From Spongospora subterranea f. sp. subterranea (taxonomy: Eukaryota), in the NCBI GenBank assembly GCA_049724395.1, contig JAUGWO010000001.1, forward strand, positions 62,001-126,000: a stretch of DNA of 64,000 nucleotides, in the 5' to 3' direction. Position 1 is the first letter of the stretch. The number at the start of each line of letters is the position of its first letter. A model generated the notes under the pieces. It was not told the DNA's origin. It saw only the letters and a program-made list of their open reading frames with translations, and did no database searches. A program made the translations under genes and the position numbers. Positions 53,278 to 64,000 of this stretch are shown here, in pieces.

Positions 53278-54438
53278 TAACGACAGCACATATTCAGAAT
53301 GTTTTGAGTTCTCTTTAGTTGCTGTCATCGTTGGGTAGGACGGCTTCAGGACAAACAAGAATTCCTTCGAATCCTTCGTTGATTGGTGATCAAACAACGG
53401 AATAACGATAGGAATGGGTTTGCTCGTGAACTTGCTAGTTGGAGCAGTTCGGGGGATGGATTAATGTCGCTAAAGCTTCTGAAAGGAACCGAAACCTTTT
53501 AAGCTCCCGTTCTAACATTTCTGATGATTAATAAGTGCATTTTACAACAATCAGATTTTCCGAAGATACTTCTCATCTTTAGAAGATTGTGAAGACGGCG
53601 TCACCCGACCAACTCAATTCGCCAAAATTGCAATTTTTTTACGCCAAACACCTCCACTTGCCCAAGAGGTTTTAGGGCGCTTAAGACAGGAGGAGTCCAA
53701 ATTCGTTTCGAATTGTGTACTGACCTAGACGAACTGTAATCCCTTTCTGAAAACAAAGCCGCAATTGCCAGGTTCCGACAACTGGATGCCCGACAGCTCT
53801 TGTCGTGCTATTTACCCAAAAAACCGATAGAATAACAACAACGATTCGCTAAACTGATCAGCACGTTGATGAGGTTATCTGTTCAAGGAAATCGCTGACA
53901 CCTTGAACACGGCCCATTGAAACCGCCATCGCAGGAAAAATAATAAAAATCCTTAGATCAAATCCACCAACGGCTTCGCGATACAATTCATCGGATTCTC
54001 GTTGTTGAAGCCTCTCCCTAATTTGCCGTCTCGGCCTCGTCTGGCGCCCGTTGATTCTCATTCAATGCCCACTGCGATATATTACTAATCACTGATCAAT
54101 ACTTCATTTACCTTGGAAATCAGCAGAAATTTGTTGATATTCAGCTGCGATCATACGTCCTACTGGATTCCCCAATCCCTTTTCTTCTGAACAGTGCAAC
54201 GCGCGTCTACCACGATTTCTATCAGCAGCGTCAAAGCATGGCGATTTGACAAAACATATTTCTATTGTTTGTCTTGAATGGGTAGGCTCCAGGAATTCAA
54301 CAATGCAATTGCTTAAAGGGCTTTGCTGTCGGGAGTTTCCAGCGATTTGCGTATCCCGGCCGGGTCGACAACGAATCTGTTTTTCCAAAAAGAAGGGTAA
54401 TATTTTATTGTTTTTGGGTGAACATCTGAGGGGGCCGA

Positions 54439-55161
54439 TTAATGATGTGTTCCAGGGAGCCAGTTCGCCTGGTGCCCATCGTGGTCGTGATCGTGATGCA
54501 GCATCCGTTCCTCGTCGGCCATCATGCGCATCTCGCTTCCGTGCATGTGCTCGCTGCCCTGAATGGCGTGCTGATTCCCGTGCTGATCCTCCATCATGTT
54601 CCCGAACCTTCGGTACGGCGCCTGTTGGTGAAGGTCGTGATGGTGATGCCCATGGTGGTAATCGTCATCGCCGCCAAACAGACCGAAATGCCCTCCCAGG
54701 CCGTTCTCCTCGTCTTCGATTCCATCCCACTCGGACTGGTGAAGACGCCGCCCAAGATCGTGGCGCTCGTGATGATCACCATCGGCGTCGACGTCGCTGT
54801 TGACCCCACGTCGGTACCCAAGCATGGCCTCATTTCCTTGAAGATGATCGTGTTCGGCTTCGGCGTCGGTCTCGTGAGCGTTATCGTGCATGTGCGAATA
54901 CGAATCGGAGTGATGGTCCTTAGCGCCCAACGTGGCGGTGAGCTGGGCTTGCGTCTGTGTCGTCGACTTGTCCTTCCCTTTATGGTCCAGATTGCTGCCG
55001 AGATGGTCGGTGAGCTGCTCGGCGTCGTGCATATCGATATGATGATGGCCACGTACGGCTTCGGCGTCTTTATGGTTCAGCATCTGTTCTTTATGGTCGG
55101 CGTGGGCCAGGCCGATCGCCAGGGCGATGGACAGGGCCAGCACTATTGTACGGGGAATCAT
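54439..55161 (-). CDS. Secreted His-rich protein J (family 1), intronless, 240 aa
   Basis: MIPRTIVLALSIALAIGLAHA|DHKEQ...; core NLDHKGKDKSTTQTQAQLTATLGAKDHHSDSYSHMHDNAHE; TATA-like tatataaa near 55243; TGACTCA 55301-55307. Confidence 0.9.
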   Translation of the reverse strand: MIPRTIVLALSIALAIGLAHADHKEQMLNHKDAEAVRGHHHIDMHDAEQLTDHLGSNLDHKGKDKSTTQTQAQLTATLGAKDHHSDSYSHMHDNAHETDAEAEHDHLQGNEAMLGYRRGVNSDVDADGDHHERHDLGRRLHQSEWDGIEDEENGLGGHFGLFGGDDDYHHGHHHHDLHQQAPYRRFGNMMEDQHGNQHAIQGSEHMHGSEMRMMADEERMLHHDHDHDGHQANWLPGTHH

Positions 55162-56171
55162 GATCGGGTTTCAGAGGAGGTGGTTTCAAAAACGCCAGAA
55201 ATCGCACCAGCAAATAATACGCTTTTGATATTGATTCGATAATATATAAAATGAGATAAGGACGGGGATCAGGTCTCAGCTGGCAAAGGAAATCAGAACG
55301 TGACTCACACTCCGATCGCCCCGGGTGAATCACCACAGCTCTTTGCTCACAAGGGGGGCCAGTCCCTCCCAAGGGCCAGGGGTTCATCCAATCGGGGCCC
55401 TCCGTGTTTTGAGACATCACGCGTTGGCCAATCGGAAGCGGGACCTGACCTTAACCCCCATCCTTATCGGCGAGTTGACCAGGCGAGGCAGATCGTTAAT
55501 GAGGATAGGGCCGAACGTTTACATCCCCAGATTCAGTGATCGTTTTGCGTTGTCCATTGGCACTTGCGATTCCGTTGCCCAGCCAAAGTAATATGTTTGG
55601 TTAGCTGGCTGCGTATCGACATCGCCGTTCACGAAGCAAGGAGACGCAACAGCGCTTCGTAAAATTGCTATCAGCGTTTCAACGCCTCACAAGTTTCATT
55701 GGCATTTCGTCAAAATGAACTTGATTCTGGTTTTGTGCCACAATGATTTTCCCGGCGACGCTGATCGCTTCGGGTACTCAATAAAACACTGTTAACTGGC
55801 CAATATCATCGATCGTTGAATTTTCAAACACAGCGTGAATAGGAATTATTTGTTCGCGTTAATCGTTTGTTTGTATTGTTCGTTTCGTGGTATTTGACCA
55901 ATTCCGCAACCTATCGTGTTGATGTGCTCGGCGCCGTCCTGAGATGGTCCCAATCCGCCAAGATTGCTGACAGATATCATCCAGCGATGGTCCGGAATCT
56001 GATTTGGGACCGTTGGCGATCATGACCAAACGTCAGTTGCGTCAATGTCCCAAAGCGGAATGGGAAGATGAGTCATCGTCAAACTAACAACGCGTTGCCA
56101 TTTCCGGGATCTTCTGGATCGGATCGGCCATTGTTGATATTGGGATTTTTGCTGGGCAACGTTTGGCGAAC

Positions 56172-56812
56172 ATGATGTCTATTCGAATATTGGTGGTATT
56201 CGTTGCCGTTGCGTCTTTGGCAATCGCTGAAGATCACGCCGGTCAAGCTGTCGAGGGAGATCACGTCAACGCCAACAACGGCCATCAACATATTGACACG
56301 CGCGACGCCGACCAGTTGGCCGAGAAATCGGGGAAGGTTCTGGACCATAAGGGAACCGATAAATCCAACACGGTGACGCACGCGCAGCTGTCGGCCGTTC
56401 TTGGCGCCAAAGACCACCACGAGGACTCGTACTCCCACATACACGACAGCGCTCACGAGCTGGACACAATGGGCGAAGGGGATCATCTGCAGGGAGACGC
56501 CGCCATGGCCGGAATGCGACAAGGAACCGATGTCCACGACGATCACGACTACGATTCGCATCACGGCAACCACGTAAACCCCATCGGTGCCGTTGACAAA
56601 TGGGTTCGCGTTTTCTGATTTGTGTGTGTGTTCGGTTCCAGGGGCGAGATCATCACGCCATGTTCGGGGACGATCCGCATTCGGAAGCGCTGTCCCATGG
56701 GCACGGGTATGACGACCTGTATCTGGGCCAGTTCGATCACGTGGGCATGATGCACCACGACGACCATCATGGTCATGGACATGGACATGGCGCTATGAGG
56801 CATCATTTCTGA
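56172..56812 (+). CDS. Secreted His-rich protein K (family 1), 2 exons, divergent paralogue of J
   Basis: MMSIRILVVFVAVASLAIA|EDHAGQ...VLDHKGTDKSNTVTHAQLSAVLGAKDHHEDSYSHIHDSAHE...; intron gtaaac...ttccag; TGAGTCA 56069-56075. Confidence 0.88.
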
Positions 56813-57593
56813 GGAAGACTGCATACCGACAAAAGGCGTTCGGCCAATTGATCTCTATTATTTCGATAAACAATGATATTTTCGTCTTTTCTTGGTGAGA
56901 TGGGATGTTCGTGTTGAATGAGGGAAGAAATTCGCCGAACTGATGAAGTCGGGGAAAACGCTTTGCCAGATTGGATCAATTGTGGCAAACGCTGAAAGCG
57001 GCAACAACGGATGTAAAACATTCGAGGTGCCAGATATCTCCCTGCCATCAAGGGTGATTCGACTGGCTCGGTGGGCTAAATATTCAATGAACGCCCCGTG
57101 ATAAAGCCTGAAGGAGATGATAGCGACGTGATCGTGCATCACCTGAACGACTCGTTCCACGCAAACACAAAACTGCTGGGAACAGCTGATAGATCGAAAA
57201 CTATTGTGTTTGTTGAGCTCTCCGATCTGGTGTAGTCTCACCGCAAGAGCCTGATCGGGCAACGCCCTTGACCATGGATAGGACGAGCGGATTGAATGGG
57301 CCACACAGGATTCCCACAACAGGGTCAGTACCACAACCTCGTGTCGACCATTTCAGCCAACACCTTCATTATCAGCATATTAACCGTTGATTTTTGGGAA
57401 TCTCAGACCACACTTCAGTGTGTTATGCAACAAGAACAGGTCTAATTCCAGATTTAATCATAACAGATGGTGTTCGTAATATAGACCCAGAACCGTTGAC
57501 CAGAATGTTAGGAAGATCGATTGATGGGATCATATCAAGTACTGTACTGTAAAGTAGTACAGGGGTAGAAGTGTTCATAATAAATCATAACAA

Positions 57594-57677
57594 GCACTTG
57601 TGGCCGAGCGGTCTAAGGCGCCACCTTTAGGCGGTGGTCTTCGAGAGAAGGCGCGGGTTCAAATCCCGTCGAGTGCA
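57594..57677 (+). tRNA. tRNA-Leu (anticodon UAG)
   Basis: Acceptor GCACTTG/CGAGTGC-A, D-loop TGGCCGAGCGGTCTAAGGC, anticodon arm CCACC-TTTAGGC-GGTGG, long variable arm, GGTTCAAATCCC, followed by a T-run Pol III terminator. Confidence 0.95.
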
Positions 57678-58239
57678 TTCATTTTTTTGGCGGTTACAGT
57701 ACCGCCTCCGTTTCGAAGTTCAAGTCCAATTTACCGAACATTTTTGTTTTAGAATAGAAGTCCTATCTTGTACATTATAGGGATTTTACCGCTGTCATTA
57801 CCTGCGTTTAACGCTCTCAATGTAAGGATCTGGTTTGTCGACATTCTTGTCGATCAGGTTCGCGTTGTTTTCTTAAGCTGCCAAAATATTTCGCGCGATA
57901 CTTCGCGTTTACTCTGATTTGATGGAAAGAGAGAAGAAGGTTCTGTTGGCCCGATTGTTGTTGTGGCATCAGGTCAACAATGGCACAACATCAGGTCAGA
58001 TGCGGCGTTTTCAGGAGCAGCCCGGTTTGGCCCAGGCATAAATGTTCACAATCAGTCGGCCAACTGCACTATAAAACGGCAATCCGTACCAATGGAGCTC
58101 GTGGCTGAAATTATATCGAGACGACAAAACGAGACCATCGAGCTTAACGACGATTTAACAGTTATGTTTTGGTTGTTCTGTGAAGATGAATTGTTCTCCA
58201 GGAATCTCTTCCAGAGATTTTCATACACGACCTCGAGCG

Positions 58240-58550
58240 GACGAAGAACATATATCAACTGCCCCCATTTGAACTGTTAAGGAAGAGAGATGTTGATTTG
58301 CCTGTTTGATACCGGGTTCTTTAACTCAATCCAGTCTCTCAGAGAAAAAGTTGCCACAAGTCATATTGCTGATCTTGATGTTGCAATAGACAACACGTTT
58401 GATCAGACGAATGAAACAAAACTTAACAGAGTTTTCATCACATTACAACAGTGCATGAAAGAAACGATGACAGTTAAGGGGATCAACGCATATCAACGTT
58501 CTCATATCGGCAAGCAAAGACTTGAAAGAGAAATTTACTACCAAAATTGA
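58240..58550 (+). mobile_element. Mariner-like transposase fragment
   Basis: FDTGFFNSIQSL...KLNRVFITLQQCMKE...YQRSHIGK. Confidence 0.7.
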
Positions 58551-58908
58551 TTGAATGCGCACCGGATTTGATCGAGTACGCTCAAGAGATAATCGATTCC
58601 TGATAAAAGCCCATTTTTTATTTTGGGAATAAATTTGCCCGTAGTGGACTGGGTTTTTTGTTAGATTCCGTGATCTGATGTTGTCCCTAATTGTTAGGTT
58701 TATTGAAAACGTACAGAATGCATTCATTCACATACCTAGTGTCTCTTGCATTCGGTTGACAACTTCAAAGTCGCAGCAAATCGATATAGGAGAATGTCTG
58801 CGCGCTCATGTGGGAAATCTTGTACGAATTCCCACCTTCATTTTGATAACCGATTTCAAGCACTGCTGGAGCGTGAGGAATATGGAATTCAACTTCGTTT
58901 CGGACAGG

Positions 58909-59600
58909 TCAGCGAACGTTCTCGGTAGCAGCAACTAAATCATCGATTGTCCTGTAAGGTGACTGGTGCTGTAAGGATTGGATCGAATTGAAAAACCCCA
59001 AATCCAAAACGTTTGTGTCAGGACTGTTGGGCGGCTGGCAACGAAGCCGAATATCAAAACCATCTAGCCTAGATACTGCCAAAAAGGCGGGATCATCTGA
59101 ACGAATGTGAGGCTTGGCGTTGTCATGCTGAACATAGGATGGGCATTCCAGCATGACGTCGTGGCCATTTCTCACGACTTGCAGGAAGGACTTTGTTGAG
59201 CAAGAACTCAGAGTAGATTTCCTTCGTAACATTGACCGGCTTCGTCACTAGGGTTCCTGCTTCTCGGTTTTGCTTTTACGCTGAGCAGGCTCTTTAACAG
59301 CAAATGGATTGTCGTGACACAGCTGCTAAGAACATCACCTTCTCGACTAACCTTTTGCTTTTTTTTATGTTCGCAGAGGCTCTGGTTCATCAGGACAAAG
59401 GCGGTAATTGGCCTTGGTCTTGTTAAGGTAACAACATTTTTCATCTACATGAACGTAGTCATACATGTCTCAAATTTCGGGGGATTCGTGTCTGGATCGA
59501 TTATTGACAATGCGAAAGCGATTCTCTGCACTTTGTTCGGTTCTTCAGCAATGGCTCAATCGCGCTGGAATGTCTTCTCATTTGCCCTTGCTTAAATTTT
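58909..59600 (-). mobile_element. Mariner-like transposase fragment
   Basis: VQHDNAKPH...QPPNSPDTNVLDLGFFNSIQSLQ; upstream VHVDEK-type segment. Confidence 0.8.
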
Positions 59601-59671
59601 CCATGCAGCGTGCTTTTCGGCTCATCAATAGCAGCAGCAAGGGTTCTTAAAATACCCCTCCGGGATGAAGG

Positions 59672-60200
59672 TAAAACATCGCGGTCGTCGACGTTCCCTA
59701 CTAATTATGGACAATACGTCAACGTTGCACTCCTGGAGTCGTGTAGAAACAGGGTCAACCCAATGCCCTTTGAAATCGTCCATAATTAGTAGGGAACGTC
59801 GACGACCGCGATGTTTTATCTAGGGATTTAACGCGTTCCACCCATTCAAGCATAAGCTCACCGTTATTCCAAGCGTTCACTTGTACCGACATCATCGCAA
59901 ACTCGGGATACCCGTTTGCCTGGGCTAACACAGTAACCTTTCGAAAAATACTTGCACCCCGCTTGCCTTCAAATATAATGAAACGGGGAAGTTCTTCCCC
60001 AGACAATGTCACCGCTAGCAACACAGATGCTCGCTTGCAGGATTTGGTTCCGCGAAGGCTAACGGTTCGAGCTCCATCGTGCTCCAACGTCGTGCTTCTT
60101 GAATCATCAAAATCAAAATTTGTCTCGTCCATATTGATGACAGTATCGCTAAATTACTGGCCAGAAACAATCATTTGATTCGTCGCGCTCACCCACTCGA
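59672..60200 (-). mobile_element. pogo-type DDE_1 transposase fragment
   Basis: NMDETNFDFD...SVLLAVTLSGEELPRFIIFEGK...NAWNNGELMLEWVERV. Confidence 0.8.
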
Positions 60201-60239
60201 TCATAACTAGGGAATTCGAGAGCCGCAACTCCGCGCCAG

Positions 60240-61272
60240 TTGACATCAATTTCTAGCGGTTCTATCAACAACCCGGATTTTAGAGAACGCCTGAACAATT
60301 TCGAATCTCATCAGCCCGTCATCGTTAATCGCATTGATTGCGGTAATGACGTTGTCGAGTTTTTGCAGCAGCGGCTAGATGCCGGTGAATCCAGCGACGA
60401 AATAGCTCGACGGCTTCGCGAACATCGTCAGATTAATGCCAGTGTTCGCACGGTGCAGAGATGGATTAAGCGGCACGGCCTGATTCGCTGTATTGCTCGA
60501 CAGCGCTGCAGCGTTCCAATGAATGGCTGACTGACGTCGAACGCATGATTCGTCGTGGCAAAACGTACGAGCAAGTTTTGCACTTTCTGCAGGTTTGCGA
60601 TAGTGAATGTTGGATGACGTTGTCCGATTGTAGGAAACGGGAATCAGCGCCCGGGAGTACGTGCCGCAAAAGTTGATCGAATCAATGGTCGCTCTGGAAT
60701 CTCAGGGTGACGGTCGTTCGATGGGTTGCCGAACAATGACGTTAAGGTTGCGAGAGACGTATAATATAAATATGACACGTGATGCGGTCAATGAGGCTCA
60801 ACGCCATCTCGATCCCGATGCAGCCGCATCTCGTCGGAAAAGGCGTTTAACGCGTCGGGAGTATGAGGTCGCGGGTCCTAATGCGTTGTGGCACATCGAC
60901 CAGAACGATAAATTGCGACAGTTTGGATTCGGGATACATGGGGCAATCGATCGGTGGTCTCGTAAATCAATGTGGTTGAGAATGGGATCCTCGAATCGCC
61001 TGCCAGAGCAAATCCTGGCCTACTACCTTTCTGCGGTTGAAAGTGTTTGGTGCATGCCAGCCCGTCAGCGAACAGATCGCGGCGCAGAGAACACAATGAT
61101 TGCTGCCGTTCTGTGCCATTTTTATGGGCAATGCGCTCATATCTTCGGCCGTTCAGTTGCCAACCAGAGAATTGAATGTTGGTGGAACCAAATGTACTCA
61201 ATGGGTATTGAGTTCTGGATCGAATTTTTCAAAGATCTGGAGCGCAACGGAACTTGGAACTGGATAAGTTGA
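60240..61272 (+). mobile_element. HTH (Clr5-like) plus integrase-core transposase remnant
   Basis: EIARRLREHRQINASVRTVQRWIKRHGL; YEVAGPNALWHIDQNDKLRQFGFGIHGAIDRWSRK; TDRGAEN; GRSVANQRIECWW. Confidence 0.8.
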
Positions 61273-61809
61273 AAGGAAAATCTTACCAGCTTTAATCAAA
61301 GCGCCGTCACACGTGGCCAGATCGTAAGTGGCGCCGCTCTCTCCATGCTTGATAAGGAAACAGAGCTTCCTCCAACTCGGCAACAACACAATCATACGAT
61401 TCGGATCTCAGAATCACGACGTTGACGGCGGGAATCTTGTCGAGTTTGATCGGCCGTCGCGATTCTTGATCGTATCCATACGGGACGGCCATTACATTGA
61501 CCTTGGGAATAGGTTTTGGCGATGGGGGCGCACCTCGGCGTGTATTGGCCCTTAAACGACCCACTTCTGCAATTGGTTTGCTTCATCTCTTCGTTGGCCT
61601 GTTGTATTGTCTGCCGGACGACAGCCAAATTGCTAGGACATTGAACGGCGCAAGCACCTTGGGGCATACCGCATTTGATGCAAAACATTGTCAAAAGATC
61701 GCCAGTTGACATTCAATTCCTCTCCATCCCCGTTCCGCAAGTCCGCGCCATTTGACATTAAACCTCTTTTGACAATGTTTTGCATCAAATGCGGTATGCC
61801 CCAAGGTGC

Positions 61810-62560
61810 TCTGCTAACATAGTTTCGATTGGACATAACGTCACATTTCTTGGAAAAGCAAGAAACAAACCACAGTCACATTATCCACGCAACAGAAGCC
61901 GAATACATTGCAGCTTATTGGACCGCAAATGGCCAGAAACAGTAGTCAATGTTCGCCTCGATCAGTGCACAGCGTGTCATGCTCAACAGAATGGTCAAGC
62001 TGAAAGGCGTAATCAGACCATCATGAGCATACGCTGTGCACTGATCGAGGCGAAAGTTGACTACTGTTACTGGCCATTTGCGGTCCAATACTCAACTTAT
62101 ACCATGAATCGACTACCAACTCGACGTATCGAATGGGCAATCCCATACGAACTATGGATGAACGTCGAGCCCGATGTCAAGCACTTGAGACCATTCGGAT
62201 GTACAGCATATGCGCACATTGAATCCACTATGCGAGATTCACATCAAACCAACGTCACTGAAATGCAAATTCTTAGGATATGCACCATACCAGAAGGGAT
62301 ACATACTTCTTCTATTGAACTAACAACCGGTGTACCGTTCCCGCCTCTGAACGGCAAATCAAATTACATATTATGGGCCAAGAAGACCAAATTAATCATC
62401 AAAGCATTCGGAGGGAAATCACTGATTGACGAATCATTGGGATTCGCCACCCAGGTTAGATACAAACCAGAGAAAACTGGACGATCGCATTCATGCTGCC
62501 CTGTGTTTATCCGTCGCTGATGACATATTCAGTTTTGTTGATAAAACCGAAACGACTCAC
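61810..62560 (+). mobile_element. Ty1/copia-type LTR retrotransposon fragments (integrase end, gag-like piece)
   Basis: QQNGQAERRNQTI, YWPFAVQYSTYTMNRLPT, PYELW, HLRPFGCTAYAHI; PLNGKSNYILWA. Confidence 0.8.
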
Positions 62561-62599
62561 CAGGGTTGGTTTGCACTCAGTCTGCTACAGGTCTTCAGG

Positions 62600-63400
62600 A
62601 ATGCAATTTCGCACTCAAGAACTTGTTCCGGATAGAGCAAGGGGGATGGTTCATATCAGCACCAGTTCTCAAAACATACGACTCAGACCTCCCAATCGTA
62701 ATCGAAGCCGATGCATTGGACTATGCCCTAGGGGCAATATTATCCCAGTCCCGCGATGATGGCGATTACCCAATTGCTTTTTTTTCGCGTAAGTTGAGTT
62801 CCGCTGAATTAAATTACGAGATTTATGACAAGGAACTCATCGCAATCGTTTTCCGCTTTCCAACAGTGGCGACACTACATGAACGGCGCGTTCGTGCCTA
62901 TCACTGTCTGGAGCGATCATAAAATGTTAGAGTGGTTCATGTTGTCGAAAATTCTAAATCGTCGACAAGTAAGATGGTCCATGCTTTTTTCAGAATTCAC
63001 ATTTCAAATGAGACATCGCGCGGGTAAATTATCAGCCACCTGATGCACTATCTCGTCGTCCAGATTGTCAACTCATCAATCATGATCGGGTTACGCGGCC
63101 GATCTTGTCCTACCATCTTTGTCAATAGTCTGCTTTTAGGACCAACAACACCGTTTCCCAGTCCAGAATTATTGGAACGTTTGAAACGTCTGAATTTACC
63201 CCTGTCAAAGTTAGAGCAGTTTTCGTTGGTTGGCAACATTCTATGTTTTTCGTGATCGCGAATATGTAGCAAAAGATACCCGGCACCTGGCACTCGTTCT
63301 TCGCGACACGACGCGCCTTTAGCAGGACACTTTGGAAGAGCAAACTCGGGTTCCAACACTCACACACGATTTGATCGGTGGATAACAAGATCTGTATTAG
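62600..63400 (+). mobile_element. Ty3/gypsy-type RT-RNase H/integrase fragments (frameshifted)
   Basis: APVLKTYD...[16 protein letters not shown]...[32 protein letters not shown]...VWSDHK; HDAPLAGHFG. Confidence 0.85.
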
Positions 63401-64000
63401 AACTGTAAACTCAGGACAGCAGACGGGTTTGGTCCGTCTCATTCGTCAAGATCTTGGGCCACACGATGGTGTGAGTCTGTTGCCATTCTAATTCCCGAAA
63501 CGACTTATCGATCAGAGCGAGGTCACCTCACATCCACGAATGAGGCCACGAATAAGGCCAGGGCCATGTACTCGCCGGGCAGAATAGCTCCTCGAACTGG
63601 CGTTTGGAGAGAACTGTGGACGACATCGCAATGTTGGAGAGCTTTGTGTTCGGCAATAAAAGTTCCCTCCACAAGGCTAGAACCAACAAGGCTGACAGGG
63701 CTCAAGCTTGAGAAGGGGCATCGGAGACCGTCCATGATCACATCTTGTATTGTCAATCAACCCAGGTGAATTAGATATATCGAGGTTAGTTTGGAAGTTT
63801 GCAGGGGCTAACTGTAGGGTCAATCATTTGAGTCAGCGGACATGTTTTCATTCTCTTTGAAAACGCCAACTCGGGGTTAGCAATGTTGAGGGCATCGGCA
63901 CTCTGTTTATTGTTATTTTACTCATCCGTTGTTGCAGTGAACCTATATATAGAACATGGTGTTTGACTGTTCCTCAATGGTCTTCCCACTTGATACAGTC

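Noticed and set aside
52526..53397. Repeated Cys-rich ORFs resembling metallothioneins
   Set aside because: Translations of the TG-rich strand of a 142-bp repeat; the unit length is not a multiple of 3.

Overview
Eukaryotic nuclear DNA with compact genes and many short (~45-110 nt) GT-AG introns; most gene models below were spliced by eye. The taxon cannot be established from sequence alone, though the gene style would fit a protist such as a plasmodiophorid (weak inference). Housekeeping genes: CNOT1/NOT1 5' part, STK19-like, allantoinase, Mis18-like, PaaI thioesterase, SEL1L/HRD3, thiamine pyrophosphokinase, ZIP metal transporter, DUF72, an RME-8-like gene, an EDR2-C/DUF1336 gene and tRNA-Leu(UAG). 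There is a pogo-type transposon nest at 6.3-8.8 kb and a field of decayed transposons from ~58 kb. The main discovery is ten small secreted His/Asp/Gly-rich protein genes interleaved among these over 52 kb. Five share a beta-strand-like core (KD.....T.A.L.A....KD.H.(D/E)), three share an N-terminal AGDT...V.HGDGH(I/V)D motif, and two are singletons. Each of the ten has an AP-1/GCN4-type TGA(C/G)TCA site 56-178 bp upstream of its ATG, as does a neighbouring secreted Pro/Thr-rich gene. This suggests a co-regulated module for an extracellular metal-binding or structural material, with a ZIP transporter inside the span. Secondary points: an apparently J-domain-less, possibly myristoylated RME-8 paralogue, a pogo element carrying an antisense copy of its own transposase and a nested derivative of itself, and a small ORF with a TTP-like CNOT1-binding motif.
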